This document shows positions 62,401 through 64,000 of a stretch of 64,000 bases of DNA, one piece after another. The translations under genes and the position numbers were made by a program. Below the pieces are notes generated by a model. That model was not told the DNA's origin, made no database searches, and worked only from the letters and a program-made list of their open reading frames with translations. The stretch is from NCBI RefSeq assembly GCF_018977255.1, contig NW_024704761.1:2232001-2296000 (forward strand), given 5' to 3'. Positions within the stretch are counted from its first letter, which is position 1, and every line of letters begins with the position of its first letter. Origin of the DNA: Callorhinchus milii. Its lineage: Eukaryota.

Positions 62401-63796
62401 CTTAATGTGATCGTAGTTCTATCCCTTAAACAAAAGGGGGTAAAAAAAATAATACTCACCACATGTCCATGTGGAACTCTGACTTATGGCAATTTGCAAC
62501 TTCCCTGGTAACAAACACACACACACACACACACTGGGGTTAGTGGGAACAAAGGCACAAGGCAGCTTCTCTCAAATCCCATGGAAAGGATCGACTACAG
62601 GAACAAGATTATACTGAGCTCCACCTGGATAGTTCGAGGTGAACAAAAATCAGTCACTATATATCCCTCATAATCTGAGCCAATAGAAAACTGAGCCCAT
62701 AGTTAGGACTTGGAAGGGCCGACTAGTCACTGGGGGGCAGGGAATCCTCCCACTCAGCTCCTGGTAACCCTGCAAACCAATGTTAATCCTGTTAACCCTG
62801 CAGACCAAGAGGTCCGAGCCAGATTAGCAGCAGGAAAGCTTGCCAGGCAATGCCGTTTTAGCTGATTAGACGCCAGAAGTTACCCCAAACGCTCACTCTT
62901 TGGCCCTCAAACCCTCTTGATACCCTTACCTAACAAACATCTATCCACCTCACTCCTGGAAAGCAGTGACATCTAAACAGCTCACAATCCTTTTCCGCTT
63001 GTGTCTACATGCTCTTGTGTCAGGGTTTGTGACTTTGCTAAAGATACGACCATGTTGGTTCCTCTCCATCTCTCGGTGTCAATATAATCTGTCCCTGAGC
63101 TGCCTGCTCTGTCCTCCCCTGTCTCTGACAAGCTCTGCTCCGCTCCACTCACAGTTGGAAGGTTTCATTCCAAATGGGATTCAGCGTTTGTATCTTCACT
63201 TCTGTTCGTTTAATTTGATCCTCGGGGATGGAATCCTTCACCACGGCTTTCTGCCGTCTCCGAGGCAGGGGACTGTCCCCTCTGTGCACATCTTCGTCCT
63301 GCTGTTCTTCACCACCGCAACACCCAACAGACAGTAGGGGTCACTGAAGCCTGCAGAGGGGACACGGTTTATACAGTGACCCACATGGCGACACACACAG
63401 CGATACTCATGGTCCACACTTGATAGTAAATCCTGTGCAGATGTATCAAATATAAGGATTATTATTCTATCACCCTTCAGCCTCCTCCACTCCAATAGGA
63501 AGATTCCTAAACTCTCCAGCCGCTGTTTATAGATATAATCTCCGGGATCATCCTTGTGAACCTACGCTGCCCCCTCTCATCGTTCTAATCCCTGTCTGGC
63601 CTTAAAACTGCTCCACAATGTCCCAGTCGCAGGAATAACACATTCATTGTCACTTTGCTTTTCGATTGTTCTGGATGTTGGGATAGCAGCGATGATTGTC
63701 CCACAGCGACAGGAACTAGAAACACTCACCAGTTGCATCTTTGGCCAAAAGACCCTTCGCTTCCTTCACCATAACCTTCAGAAAGGTGGCCGGCCA
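50450..63796 (-). CDS. UNC13D: Protein unc-13 homolog D (Munc13-4), partial at the 5' end; apparent 1-nt frameshift in exon 63153-63350
   Basis: 28 exons: 63730-63796, 63153-63350, 62460-62504, 62248-62316, 61362-61440, 61125-61232, 60898-60990, 60023-60126, 59503-59620, 59293-59417, 58757-58847, 58405-58461, 57862-57959, 57213-57264, 56519-56649, 56128-56248, 55465-55608, 55257-55352, 54662-54898, 54218-54286, 54039-54118, 53441-53546, 52789-52860, 52472-52555, 51843-51963, 51411-51537, 51029-51234, 50450-50556. C2A ([35 protein letters not shown]), MUN region ([10 protein letters not shown]), C2B ([35 protein letters not shown]). Confidence 0.95.
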
Positions 63797-64000
63797 CTGT
63801 GAGAGAAGCAACGAGAGAGAGTGAGAGAGAGAGAATGAGAACCATCTCACACACCTGTGATGTCAGCACAGGAACCTTAGTGTGTGAGAGAGTGTCCCAC
63901 TCCCACTAGAAAATATTCTCTCACTGGAACACTCTGCTAGTATCAGCCTGGCTCACTGTAAAGAGCATCAGTAAAGGGGGGAAGGGGAGGGAGGGGAAAC

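Noticed and set aside
50450-63796. BAIAP3 as an alternative identity
   Set aside because: [20 protein letters not shown], the C-terminal exon and the GALK1/H3.3 synteny fit UNC13D.

Overview
Vertebrate genomic DNA, not prokaryotic. The repeats (Deu-domain SINEs, L2 and CR1 LINE ends, Penelope-type hairpins) point to a cartilaginous fish, probably a holocephalan; this is an inference. Most ORF-track entries are exon fragments or noise. Splicing by hand with reading-frame checks gives seven genes in order: MRPL27 (+, last two exons), HEATR9-like (-, 16 coding exons, ~501 aa), XYLT2 (+, 11 exons, ~856 aa), GALK1 (-, 8 exons), an uncharacterised RUN-PDZ-PTB adaptor gene (+, 16 exons, ~428 aa) head-to-head with GALK1, histone H3.3 (-, H3-3B by synteny) and UNC13D (-, 28 exons in the window, 5' end outside it). 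The strongest lead is the RUN-PDZ-PTB gene, which ends in a putative PDZ-binding motif and whose ATG lies 181 bp from that of GALK1 across a GC-box array. Other leads: hammerhead-ribozyme relics in Penelope-like repeats, a TGACG array grading into a satellite at the XYLT2 start, a possible duplicated HEATR9 exon, a MITE-like inverted repeat, and single-base frameshifts in GALK1 and UNC13D that are probably assembly errors. Homology calls come from remembered protein sequences, not database searches.
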